Shown here: positions 5,849 to 14,431 of the stretch, in pieces
Position numbering within the stretch: the first letter of the stretch is position 1
Layout of the letters: every line of letters begins with the position of its first letter
IMG/VR virus record: IMGVR_UViG_3300047292_000038
Coordinates: 1 to 24,957 of that record
Direction: 5' to 3' (one strand)
DNA from: a virus
Taxonomy: Duplodnaviria; Caudoviricetes
DNA length: 24,957 bases
Program-made: the position numbers and the translations under genes
The notes under the pieces: generated by a model
Told to the model about the DNA's origin: nothing
Database searches by the model: none
Seen by the model: only the letters and a program-made list of their open reading frames with translations

Positions 5849-6292
5849 ATGAGCAAATTACAATTTTTTGAAATGAGAGCCGAAGAAATGACGGCTATGT
5901 ACGACAGCACTTTCACAAAGAAAGATGCTGTAAAGACTGGGGAGCAGCTTATTCAATCCGTTCTGGATGATGGGAGTTGCGATATTATGCAATTGGGGGC
6001 GAATTTAGCTCGTCTGGAGCAAGTTGTTTCAAGTGCGATGGCAAAGTTTAGAGGCCACATTATCGACACGGAAAAGCAAGTTATTTTGGGCGTTGAATTT
6101 TTACCTGTAAATGGTGGAAATACCATAAATTATGCAGATGATGAAATCTGGTCTACAATTAAGGCTGATTTAGACGCCCGGACTGAACAATTGAAAATGG
6201 CACAAAAACAAGATACGTTTGATGCTTATGGAAATCAAGTTCCGAAAGTTTCAACTTCTCCACGAAAAAGTAGTGTAACTATAAAATTTTAA
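5849..6292 (+). CDS. Hypothetical protein of the recombination module
   Basis: 147-aa ORF upstream of the annealase. Confidence 0.85.
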   Translation: MSKLQFFEMRAEEMTAMYDSTFTKKDAVKTGEQLIQSVLDDGSCDIMQLGANLARLEQVVSSAMAKFRGHIIDTEKQVILGVEFLPVNGGNTINYADDEIWSTIKADLDARTEQLKMAQKQDTFDAYGNQVPKVSTSPRKSSVTIKF

Positions 6293-6296
6293 AATT

Positions 6297-6461
6297 ATGA
6301 GAATAGAAATAGTAGTCAAAGATATTGACGATAGTTATGAAAATTTTGAGAAAAAAGTTAATGAAATAATTATTGCATTAAAAATATATAAAAAAAAAAT
6401 ATTAGATGTTAATTTATTTTATGATGGAAAAAAATTAATTGCAGTTATTAAATGTATTTAG
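6297..6461 (+). CDS. Small hypothetical protein (54 aa; not in ORF track)
   Basis: MRIEIVVKDIDDSYENFEKKVNEIIIALKIYKKKILDVNLFYDGKKLIAVIKCI*; fills the gap. Confidence 0.6.
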   Translation: MRIEIVVKDIDDSYENFEKKVNEIIIALKIYKKKILDVNLFYDGKKLIAVIKCI

Positions 6462-6469
6462 TATATTTG
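6438..6469 (+). promoter_or_regulatory. Bacteroidota-type promoter
   Basis: ATTG 6438-6441, 20-nt spacer, TATATTTG 6462-6469. Confidence 0.65.
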
Positions 6470-6474
6470 TCAAA

Positions 6475-6557
6475 CAATACGGTCAGGTATTGAAACTAAA
6501 AATCATTTTCAACCCTGATATGCCTTTACTGACCTAAAGGATTTTATCAGGGTTTTT
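6475..6557 (+). ncRNA. Structured 5' leader: two hairpins with complementary loops, the second terminator-like
   Basis: CAATAC-GGTCAG-GTATTG and AACCCTGATA..CCTTTA-CTGACC-TAAAGG..TATCAGGGTT-TTT. Confidence 0.7.
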
Positions 6558-6569
6558 AAATTATTAATT

Positions 6570-7247
6570 ATGAAAAACGAAATTCAAATAATGCCAGTAA
6601 ATGACATTATGATTATGGCAAAAACTTTTGCCGAAAGTGGAATGTTTACCGATGCAAAAGCAATGGGACAAGCATTTGTTAAAATTCAAGCCGGGCAGGA
6701 AATTGGAATACCTCCATTTGCTGCAATGAGTGGTATTCATATCATTCAAGGAAAACCAACTTTAGGAGCTGGATTAATTGCAAGTGCGGTTAAAGGTTCT
6801 GGAAAGTATGATTATAAAGTTAAAGAAATGAACGAAAAGATTTGTTCAATTGACTTTTTACAAGGAACTGAAAATATCGGAAATTCTACTTTTACAATTG
6901 AAGATGCCAAAAAAGCAGGAACAAAAAATATCGACAAGTTTCCTAAAAATATGCTTTTTGCCCGTGCTATTTCAAACGGAGTTAAATGGTTTTGTCCAGA
7001 TGTGTTTGCTGGACCAGTTTATGTGCCAGAAGAAATGCCAGAGCAAACAGTAGATGTGCAACACGTGGAAATAATAGACCAACCGAAAGTATCTAAATTA
7101 TCACAAAAGCAAATTGATAAAATTTTAACTTCGGATATTGCGACTGTAAAAAAAGCATTAAAAGCAATTGAAACAGGAACAGCCGAAGCTACTCCAGAGC
7201 AAGTTGCACAAATTGAAATATATCACGAACTATTAATTAATTCTTAA
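6570..7247 (+). CDS. RecT/Red-beta-like single-strand annealing protein
   Basis: VKIQAGQEIGIPPFAAMSGIHIIQGKPTL and PKNMLFARAIS...CPDV patterns; lies beside the SSB-like and nuclease genes. Confidence 0.75.
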   Translation: MKNEIQIMPVNDIMIMAKTFAESGMFTDAKAMGQAFVKIQAGQEIGIPPFAAMSGIHIIQGKPTLGAGLIASAVKGSGKYDYKVKEMNEKICSIDFLQGTENIGNSTFTIEDAKKAGTKNIDKFPKNMLFARAISNGVKWFCPDVFAGPVYVPEEMPEQTVDVQHVEIIDQPKVSKLSQKQIDKILTSDIATVKKALKAIETGTAEATPEQVAQIEIYHELLINS

Positions 7248-7257
7248 ATACAAACAA

Positions 7258-7632
7258 ATGAGTAATCAAAAAAATTATGCAGGATCAATCGCTTTGACAA
7301 AATTACAAAGCGCAATTATTACCACGAAAAAAGGTGCAAAGTGTATCTTAATTCCAATTGATGCCAATTATTTAACCGAGAAAGATGGTTCGGTTTACAT
7401 TAATTGTAATGTAGTTGTTAAAGATGAAATCGACCAGTACGGTAATCACGGGTTTATTAGTCAAAAGATGAATACTGAAAAGTATAAAGAACTTGGCAAA
7501 GAAAAAGCCAATGAAATTAAATTGCCAATTTTAGGCAACATTAAAAACTTTGCAGGATTGACAAACGATAATGCAGGAACTACACATATAGCCGAGCCTA
7601 TTAATCCAGAGGAGGATGATTTACCTTTTTAG
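7258..7632 (+). CDS. Putative single-stranded DNA-binding protein
   Basis: Beta-rich N-terminus, acidic tail EEDDLPF, downstream of the annealase. Confidence 0.65.
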   Translation: MSNQKNYAGSIALTKLQSAIITTKKGAKCILIPIDANYLTEKDGSVYINCNVVVKDEIDQYGNHGFISQKMNTEKYKELGKEKANEIKLPILGNIKNFAGLTNDNAGTTHIAEPINPEEDDLPF

Positions 7633-7640
7633 ATAATAAC

Positions 7641-7660
7641 GGGGTACTTAATTGTACCCC
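7641..7660. terminator. Intergenic hairpin (weak terminator or RNA processing site)
   Basis: GGGGTAC-TTAATT-GTACCCC, with no strong U tract. Confidence 0.45.
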
Positions 7661-7676
7661 TAATATTTTATTATAA

Positions 7677-8180
7677 ATGAACAAAGAAAACAAAAATAGA
7701 ATTGAATCGGACTATTTAAAATGGTTTCAAAATAAATACCCGAATGTTCCATTAATCGGAATGCCTAAGATTGTTTTTAGCGATAGCAACTCCACGAAGT
7801 TAGAAAATTGTATTATTAATTTCTTAACCTACAACGGACATCACGCAGTAAGACAACACACGACTGGGACAATGATTGACAAAAGAGAAATTGTTACGGA
7901 TGTTTTAGGAAGAAAAAGACAAATAGGATCTATTCAATGGGGAGCTTCACGGGATGAAGTTGGTAGGGCTGATATTATTGCTAAAATAATGGTTAATTTT
8001 AAAGGTCGATTAATTCCTGTATCTGTTGAAATAGAGGTTAAATTTGGCAATGATTATCAATCTGAAAGACAAAAAGACTTCCAGCAAAAATTAGAAAATA
8101 TGGGGGGCGTTTATACTATCGTGAAAGATTTTGACGGATTTTTAATTTGGTACGACAATTTTATTAAAAGTTTTTTGTAA
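7677..8180 (+). CDS. VRR-NUC / PD-(D/E)xK nuclease (putative Holliday junction resolvase)
   Basis: GRADI...IEVK...QSERQKDFQQKLENMGGVYTIV. Confidence 0.8.
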   Translation: MNKENKNRIESDYLKWFQNKYPNVPLIGMPKIVFSDSNSTKLENCIINFLTYNGHHAVRQHTTGTMIDKREIVTDVLGRKRQIGSIQWGASRDEVGRADIIAKIMVNFKGRLIPVSVEIEVKFGNDYQSERQKDFQQKLENMGGVYTIVKDFDGFLIWYDNFIKSFL

Positions 8181-8241
8181 GTTTGTAAACGGCTTTTAAT
8201 TATTATATACAACCCCGTTACTAGAATAGCGGGGTATTTTT
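8178..8241 (+). promoter_or_regulatory. -7 promoter box followed by terminator-like hairpin
   Basis: TAAGTTTG 8178-8185; ACCCCGTTA-CTAGAA-TAGCGGGGT (8212-8235) followed by ATTTTT. Confidence 0.5.
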
Positions 8242-8270
8242 AGCAACTTTAATGTAAAAAAATTTACACT

Positions 8271-8432
8271 ATGACAAAATACGAAGCAACTCAAAAGGTA
8301 TTAAAAAGGATTGCCATCACTTCAAAAGACGATACTGCAAAAGAAATAGGCATAACCAGACCAACACTTGATGCACGGTTAAAATGGCACACTTGGAAAA
8401 TTAGCGAACTAACTCACATCAAATTATTATGA
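8271..8432 (+). CDS. Small HTH (Cro-like) regulator (53 aa; not in ORF track)
   Basis: KDDTAKEIGITRPTLDARL helix-turn-helix; ATGA overlap with the next gene. Confidence 0.75.
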   Translation: MTKYEATQKVLKRIAITSKDDTAKEIGITRPTLDARLKWHTWKISELTHIKLL

Positions 8433-8935
8433 TACTAAAAGAAGCCGTAAAGCGATTGTCTTTTACAATATCAAAAGGCAATAAACCAAACCAAAACGAT
8501 GTAGAAGCTTTTAATGAAATCATACGAAATCTTAAATTATCGGAGCAGGAAACAGTACAAGAAAATTTATTATTTGCCAAACTTTATACTTTCACTTTAA
8601 CTGAATTGTTATCATACTACACCGATATTGATATGGCAAACAAAGAAATTAATAGAATACTATCCGAGCCAATGGCGATTGAAAAACTGCAGCTATCACT
8701 TCGCAGAATGGAACTGCAAAATTATTTTAATAGAAAAAAAATACTTGATCCGTTTTTAAAAAATAAAACAGCCAATGAGTTGGAAGAAATCCACGAAAGA
8801 TATAAAAACAAGCTTCCCGAATTAAATGCTTTAGAGTTTGCGAAATGTGGCAACAACTGGGATGTTGAATCCGTGAAATACAATATTGAAAACTCGATTA
8901 ATTTATCAATTAAAAACTTTAAGAATTATGTATGA
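8429..8935 (+). CDS. Hypothetical protein (replication module)
   Basis: 168-aa helical ORF coupled to the helicase. Confidence 0.85.
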   Translation: MILKEAVKRLSFTISKGNKPNQNDVEAFNEIIRNLKLSEQETVQENLLFAKLYTFTLTELLSYYTDIDMANKEINRILSEPMAIEKLQLSLRRMELQNYFNRKKILDPFLKNKTANELEEIHERYKNKLPELNALEFAKCGNNWDVESVKYNIENSINLSIKNFKNYV

Positions 8936-10046
8936 GCCTATAGTAATGTTACAAGAAACGGAAATAGTTTTTGATTTTACACAAATTGAAAAGTTTAAAG
9001 TTAAAATTACAGATGAAATACCAATGCCAGAAATAGTATTGTCTATTTGTGATGTAAACGGAGAAAATAAACGTATGGTAATGACACGAGAGAATATTAG
9101 TTGCGTTACAGCACAGGCAAAAGTTGGTAAGACTTTTTTAATAAAATTGATTTTGTCTGCCATTTTAAAAAGGGGTATTTTTCAAAATAGATTATTAAGC
9201 GAACTGCCAAAAGGTAAAGACAAAATATTATACATTGATACCGAACAATCTAAATATCACGTTAAACTTGGGTTAATGCAAATAAAAAAGATGCTTGGCA
9301 ATGATGGAGAAAAGGAACTTGATAGAATGAATGTGTACCAATTTGATGCGGTTTCTACACCAACAAGGTTGGAATATGTAAAGCATTTAATTTATCTAAA
9401 TAAACCTGATTTTGTTGTATTGGATGGTATATCAGATTTGGCACTTGACACAAACAACTTAAAAGAAGCTGATGAACTTGTAACTAATTTAAGGATTTGG
9501 GCAACTGAAAACAACTGCCATATTTGTAACGTAATTCATCAAAACCCTAATGATATTCAGACTAAAATGAAAGGGCATTTAGGCACGAAATTACAAGATA
9601 AAAGCGAAATAGTTATAGGAGTATCAATTGACAAAGAAAATGATTGTAATCGTATTGTTCAGTCCTTAGCTTCCAGAAATAGAAAGCCTGATGCTTTTCA
9701 GTTTTCAATACTTGAGGATGGTATGCCAGAAATTCAAAACGAGGATGTTTCTATTTTTAAAATGACTGGCAAAAAAGCACCTAAGATAGATAAACCAGAT
9801 TATCAATTGTTTCAAATATTAACAGCTGCATTTAGTAAAGTTAGTAGCGAAGTCAAATCATACCGATACGGGGAAATGGTGCAGCAGATTTGCCTTGAAT
9901 TTGAAAAACAATTTAAAGAAAATATTGGCGATAATATGGCAAAGAAACTATTAACGAAATTCATTGATAATAAATGGATTTTGAAAAGTGGAGATGCAGG
10001 ACAAAGCCGTTACTTTTTAGGAGAATTTGAAAATAACTTTTTGTAA
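8928..10046 (+). CDS. RecA-fold/RepA-like (AAA_25) replicative helicase
   Basis: Walker A AQAKVGKT, LYIDTEQ, Walker B VVLDG, VIHQN and KGHLG. ATG 8928 is preferred over the track start 8886. Confidence 0.85.
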   Translation: MYEPIVMLQETEIVFDFTQIEKFKVKITDEIPMPEIVLSICDVNGENKRMVMTRENISCVTAQAKVGKTFLIKLILSAILKRGIFQNRLLSELPKGKDKILYIDTEQSKYHVKLGLMQIKKMLGNDGEKELDRMNVYQFDAVSTPTRLEYVKHLIYLNKPDFVVLDGISDLALDTNNLKEADELVTNLRIWATENNCHICNVIHQNPNDIQTKMKGHLGTKLQDKSEIVIGVSIDKENDCNRIVQSLASRNRKPDAFQFSILEDGMPEIQNEDVSIFKMTGKKAPKIDKPDYQLFQILTAAFSKVSSEVKSYRYGEMVQQICLEFEKQFKENIGDNMAKKLLTKFIDNKWILKSGDAGQSRYFLGEFENNFL

Positions 10047-10054
10047 GAAAAACT

Positions 10055-10166
10055 AACTGGTTTAAACTGGTTTAAAAGCCTGATTAAACTAGGTGGTTTA
10101 GTACCCCTTATAAAGGGGACTAAACTACTAAACCACTAAACCAGTTTAATTGATTAAACCACTAAA
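10055..10166. repeat. Candidate replication origin: inverted TAAACYA iterons around a GC hairpin
   Basis: TGGTTTA at 10058, 10068 and 10094; TAAACYA at 10085, 10121, 10129, 10137 and 10155; central CCCCTT-ATA-AAGGGG. Confidence 0.65.
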
Positions 10167-10179
10167 TGAAAATAAAATT

Positions 10180-10374
10180 ATGAAACTACAAGACAAAATT
10201 AACAACTACAAAAAAACACATAAAAACACATCTGAGCACGTTTTTAAGGACGGTACGCAATTAAAAGGCAAATTACATACTTGGATAGATAATTGTTATT
10301 TAGATGCCGTAAAAGAGTTTAAAACGCTTGGAACAAAAAATACTGCAAATTGGCTTGACGATTTGTTAAAGTGA
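10180..10374 (+). CDS. Hypothetical protein
   Basis: ATG 10180 with an A-rich leader, in frame with track ORF 10150. Confidence 0.7.
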   Translation: MKLQDKINNYKKTHKNTSEHVFKDGTQLKGKLHTWIDNCYLDAVKEFKTLGTKNTANWLDDLLK

Positions 10375-10461
10375 AATAAAAATGCTTACATTTGTAACTG
10401 TTTCATAATTAATTAATTTTACCTCCTCAATATAACTGAGACCCTGTTGGGGAGGTTTTTT
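10362..10461 (+). promoter_or_regulatory. Promoter followed by intrinsic terminator immediately upstream of the sigma gene
   Basis: TTTG 10362-10365, 21 nt, TACATTTG 10387-10394; 12-bp stem 10421-10432/10445-10456 followed by a T run. Confidence 0.65.
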
Positions 10462-10466
10462 AAAAT

Positions 10467-10991
10467 ATGACAGATTATAAATGGCTTGAACAAGTAGCGA
10501 AACATCACAAAGAATGGATAGAAGTTATCTATAAACTTGGCGAGACAGATTATGCAGAGGATATAGTTCAAGAGTCTTATATGGCATTAATTAAGTATGC
10601 CGATGAAAAAAAACTAATTGATGAAAATGGCAAAGTTAGAAAAGGATATATGTTTTTTACTTTACGATCTCTTTACTATCAATTTTATAATAAAAAGAAT
10701 AAAATAAATAAAGTATCTTTTGATGAGCAATGGGAAATATTCGACGATTCAAATTTAGATGAACACGAAGCCTACAATGATATTTGTTTAATGATTGACA
10801 AAGAATTAGAAACGTGGCACTGGTATGATCGCAAACTGTTTAAACTTTATAGAGATTCTGATATGTCAATGAGGGATATCGCAAAAGAAACTAATATCAG
10901 TCTTATATCTATTTTTCACTCGATAAAAAACTATAAAGAAATATTAAATAGTAAGTTTGAACAAGAATATAAAGATTATAAAAAATTATAA
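10467..10991 (+). CDS. Phage RNA polymerase sigma-70 (ECF-like) factor
   Basis: Region 2-like AEDIVQESY and region 4 HTH SMRDIAKETNISLISIFHSI. Confidence 0.85.
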   Translation: MTDYKWLEQVAKHHKEWIEVIYKLGETDYAEDIVQESYMALIKYADEKKLIDENGKVRKGYMFFTLRSLYYQFYNKKNKINKVSFDEQWEIFDDSNLDEHEAYNDICLMIDKELETWHWYDRKLFKLYRDSDMSMRDIAKETNISLISIFHSIKNYKEILNSKFEQEYKDYKKL

Positions 10992-10994
10992 ACT

Positions 10995-11360
10995 ATGGCA
11001 AGAGGTAGAAAACCAAAAGGATTGGGTGATACAATTGAACAAATCACCGAAGTGACTGGGATTAAAAAAGTGGTTGAGGTATTTAGCAAAGTTACCGGGA
11101 TGGATTGCGGATGCGATAAAAGAAAAGAAACTTTAAATAAATTGTTTCCTTTCGTTAATTGTTTAATTGAAACGGACTATAATAAACTAACAAAGTATTT
11201 ATCGGCTTCTCAAACTACATTAACACCAGAGGAACAAAAAGAAGTATCTGATATATATTACAATGTGTTTAATCATAGATTGCAAATCAGTTCTTGTGCA
11301 AGTTGTTGGAAAGGTAAACTTGATGAGTTGAGGAAAGTGTATAATGAATATAAATTGTAA
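10995..11360 (+). CDS. Cys-containing hypothetical protein
   Basis: GLGDTIE, DCGC and CASC motifs, possibly Zn-binding. Confidence 0.85.
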   Translation: MARGRKPKGLGDTIEQITEVTGIKKVVEVFSKVTGMDCGCDKRKETLNKLFPFVNCLIETDYNKLTKYLSASQTTLTPEEQKEVSDIYYNVFNHRLQISSCASCWKGKLDELRKVYNEYKL

Positions 11361-11445
11361 TGCAAACAGTCAAACTATTGGAGTAGGTAGTATGATTGAC
11401 TATAAAATTGGAGCGAATATATGCAGATAAAAAAAATTAAAAATT

Positions 11446-11850
11446 ATGCACCCAACACGAATTTTTAAAACACCAGAGGAATTAGAAAATGCTTGGAATT
11501 TATATAAAGAAAGCCTTAAACAAGAAGCTCTTGAATGGGTAAAAATACAGTATGTAGGTAAAGAAGGACAAAGGATGGAAGACCCTTTAAAACTTCCATA
11601 TACAATGGATGGTTTTGAGGTATATTGTTATAAAAATTTCGGTACAGTTGAGCAATATTTTAAAAATAAAGATAATTATTATAACGACTTCGTACCTATC
11701 TGTTCGCACATAAAAAAAGAAATTAGAACTAATCAAATTACGGGGGGTATGCTTGGGATTTATAATCCATCAATAACTCAACGTTTGAACAACTTAGTTG
11801 AAAAGAATGAAACAACAGTAGTTTCTGAACAACCATTATTTCCTGATTAA
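11446..11850 (+). CDS. terS: Terminase small subunit (DNA-packaging gp3-like)
   Basis: IFKTPEEL...PYTMDGF...GIYNPSITQRL; overlaps the TerL start. Confidence 0.8.
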   Translation: MHPTRIFKTPEELENAWNLYKESLKQEALEWVKIQYVGKEGQRMEDPLKLPYTMDGFEVYCYKNFGTVEQYFKNKDNYYNDFVPICSHIKKEIRTNQITGGMLGIYNPSITQRLNNLVEKNETTVVSEQPLFPD

Positions 11851-13010
11851 TGTTTATTAGAACAACGGTTATAAATAAAATAAAGGCTTTGACAAAATTT
11901 GTCAAAGGAATACAAGGAGGAACTTCAGCGGGGAAAACGTTTGGAGTTCTTCCTATTTTAATTGATATAGCTGCCAAAAATCCACTAATAGAAATATCAA
12001 TAGTTGCAGAATCAATACCACATTTAAAACGTGGTGCGATGAAAGATTTTAAAAAAATAATGATAGAAACTAATCGTTTTATTTTTTCAAGATGGAATGC
12101 GACAGATTTTAAATATACTTTTCAAAACGGTTCGCAAATAGAATTTTTCAGTGCGGACAATGATAGCAAGTTAAGAGGTGCAAGGCGAGATTATTTGTAT
12201 ATGAATGAAGCGAATAATATGACTTTTCACGCGTATACTGAACTCGCATCTAGAACAAAGCAAGGCGTATATTTAGACTGGAATCCTGTCAACGAATTTT
12301 GGTTTCATACCGATTTAATGAATGATAATGATGTAGATTTTATTATCGTTAATTATTTAGATAATGAAGCTTGCCCTGAAAGCGCATTAAACTTTATTAA
12401 TAAAGCAAAAGAAAAATCTAAAACATCAAGCTATTGGGACAATTGGTATAAAGTTTACGGACTTGGCCAGATAGGTTCACTTGATGGAGTAATATTTAAT
12501 AACTGGCAAACAATAGACACGATACCAGAAGAAGCAAGGCTGTTAGGTTATGGAGTCGATTTTGGATATTCAAACGACCCGACGGCAATAGTTGAGGTTT
12601 ACAAGTGGAATGATCAAAGAATTATAAACGAAATTTGCTATCAAAAAGAATTATCGAATAGTCAGATAGCAAAGTTTATTAAAACTCAAGAGGATTGTTA
12701 TTGTGATAGTGCCGAGCCAAAATCTATTGCAGAATTAAGAGCATTTGGAATTAATGCGAGAGCAGTTAGAAAAGGTGCGGATAGTATTAATTTTGGTATT
12801 CAAGTAATGCAAGAGCAAAATTATTTAATTACAAAGAAGAGTACAAACTTAATAAACGAACTACGAAAATACGCTTGGGATAAAGACAAGAAAACTGGTG
12901 CAACATTGAACAAGCCTATTGATATGTTTAATCACGCAATTGATAGTTGGAGGTATCACGAAATGGAATCAATCGGAACGCCAAACAAAGGAAACTATTT
13001 TATCTACTAA
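11850..13010 (+). CDS. terL: Terminase large subunit (PBSX XtmB-like)
   Basis: Walker A QGGTSAGKT, Walker B YMNEA, DWNP, nuclease GVDFGYSNDP and NHAIDSWRY. Confidence 0.95.
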   Translation: MFIRTTVINKIKALTKFVKGIQGGTSAGKTFGVLPILIDIAAKNPLIEISIVAESIPHLKRGAMKDFKKIMIETNRFIFSRWNATDFKYTFQNGSQIEFFSADNDSKLRGARRDYLYMNEANNMTFHAYTELASRTKQGVYLDWNPVNEFWFHTDLMNDNDVDFIIVNYLDNEACPESALNFINKAKEKSKTSSYWDNWYKVYGLGQIGSLDGVIFNNWQTIDTIPEEARLLGYGVDFGYSNDPTAIVEVYKWNDQRIINEICYQKELSNSQIAKFIKTQEDCYCDSAEPKSIAELRAFGINARAVRKGADSINFGIQVMQEQNYLITKKSTNLINELRKYAWDKDKKTGATLNKPIDMFNHAIDSWRYHEMESIGTPNKGNYFIY

Positions 13011-13168
13011 TGACTTACGGAGAAATGATTGATCAGATAGAGCGGTATATTCGCCAAGTAAAAAACGTTGATGTAGTTATTAATTTACCCCGGAATATTG
13101 GCGAGATTAGAAAAATGCAAAAGATGTATTTAATAGCGAATGAATATTTTAATAAAGAGCAATCATAA
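13010..13168 (+). CDS. Small hypothetical protein (52 aa)
   Basis: TAATG overlap with the terL stop; in frame with track ORF 12947. Confidence 0.65.
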   Translation: MTYGEMIDQIERYIRQVKNVDVVINLPRNIGEIRKMQKMYLIANEYFNKEQS

Positions 13169-13183
13169 ACGGTTGCTTTTTTT
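13158..13183 (+). terminator. Intrinsic terminator
   Basis: AGCAATC-ATAAAC-GGTTGCT followed by a T run. Confidence 0.75.
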
Positions 13184-13190
13184 GTTTAAT

Positions 13191-13218
13191 ACAATTTCAA
13201 CAAATAGTTATTATTATA
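13191..13218 (+). promoter_or_regulatory. Candidate late promoter, copy 1
   Basis: ACAA-N13-TTATTATTATA. Confidence 0.55.
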
Positions 13219-13230
13219 AAAAATAAACAA

Positions 13231-13911
13231 ATGAAATTAGAAATTACAATACCGACAAAGCTATCTGAAATTAAATTATCGCAATATCAGGATTTCTTAA
13301 AGATAGCAAAAGACAATGAAGATGAACAATTCCTGCAGCATAAAATGGTTCAGATATTTTGTGGGATAGATTTAAAAGATATTGCCACGATTAAATACAA
13401 AGATGTACAGGATATCACGGGCAAAATTGGTGCAATGTTCACGCAAGAAAATAAATTAATACAAAGGTTTAAACTCGGGGGTGTTGAGTTTGGCTTCATA
13501 CCTAATTTAGAAGATATATCATTTGGCGAGTATACAGATTTAGATACTTATATCGTCGATTGGAATGATTATCATAAGGCGATGGCAGTATTGTATAGAC
13601 CGATTAAAAAGAATGGTTTAAATGGCACGTATGAAATTGAAGAGTACAACGGATCTATAACTTATAGCGATGTAATGAAACACGCACCGCTCGATGTTTG
13701 TTTAGGTGCAACGGTTTTTTTTTACAATTTAGGGAACGAATTATTGAAAGGTACGATTCATTATTTGGAGAACAACAAGGAGGTGCAGAATATTCTACAA
13801 CAGCAAACTTCGGCAAACGATGGGGATGGTATAGTTCAATCTATGCTATTGCTCAAGGAAACCTTAGAGAATTTGACAACGTTACAAAATTACCGATTAA
13901 CCAGTGTTTGA
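13231..13911 (+). CDS. Putative tail assembly chaperone (gpG-like, 0 frame)
   Basis: 226-aa ORF with a T9 slippery run at 13715-13723 and an overlapping -1 frame. Confidence 0.65.
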   Translation: MKLEITIPTKLSEIKLSQYQDFLKIAKDNEDEQFLQHKMVQIFCGIDLKDIATIKYKDVQDITGKIGAMFTQENKLIQRFKLGGVEFGFIPNLEDISFGEYTDLDTYIVDWNDYHKAMAVLYRPIKKNGLNGTYEIEEYNGSITYSDVMKHAPLDVCLGATVFFYNLGNELLKGTIHYLENNKEVQNILQQQTSANDGDGIVQSMLLLKETLENLTTLQNYRLTSV

Positions 13912-13979
13912 CTTATTTAACATTTGAAAAAGAAAAGCAACAAATCGAAGCAGATTTAATTAAAAAGCAAAATAAATGA
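13716..13979 (+). CDS. -1 frameshift extension of the chaperone (gpT-like)
   Basis: The -1 frame is open through the slippery site (FFLQFRERIIERY...WGWYSSIYAIAQG...) and is ATGA-coupled to 13976. Confidence 0.65.
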   Translation, partial: FFLQFRERIIERYDSLFGEQQGGAEYSTTANFGKRWGWYSSIYAIAQGNLREFDNVTKLPINQCLTYLTFEKEKQQIEADLIKKQNK

Positions 13980-14431
13980 CCTCACATTATTACGAATTAA
14001 CACAAGCAATTAAGACACAATTAAATAAAGATTTATTTGTAAATACTGTTACTATTGGCGATATTTTTAAAGTTGATTTAAATAAACAAACTATATTTCC
14101 ATTAAGCCATATTATTGTAAATTCAGCAAGTTATAATGGTCCTACCTGGACTTATAATGTTTCAATATTATGTATGGATATAGTAGATGAAAGCAAAGAC
14201 CAAACAACTGATATTTTTTTAGGAAATGATAATGAACAAGATGTATTAAATACTCAGTTAATTGTAGTCAATAGATTTTTAGAAGTTTTAAGACGTGGCG
14301 AAATGACTGGCGATTATGAATTATCTGGCACTCCATCGGTTGAATTTTTTACCGAAAGATTTGAAAATAAATTAGCAGGTGTTACGGTTACATTTGATAT
14401 GGTAATAGCTAACGAGATGACTATATGTTAG
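13976..14431 (+). CDS. Putative tail terminator/completion protein
   Basis: 151-aa acidic alpha/beta protein in the structural operon. Confidence 0.55.
   Translation: MTSHYYELTQAIKTQLNKDLFVNTVTIGDIFKVDLNKQTIFPLSHIIVNSASYNGPTWTYNVSILCMDIVDESKDQTTDIFLGNDNEQDVLNTQLIVVNRFLEVLRRGEMTGDYELSGTPSVEFFTERFENKLAGVTVTFDMVIANEMTIC

Noticed and set aside
6390-6399. A10 homopolymer as a phase-variation tract
   Set aside because: Lys codons in an open frame; expected in such AT-rich DNA.
11360-11430. Tiny ORFs between the Cys-rich gene and terS
   Set aside because: Only 8-12 codons, with no supporting signal.
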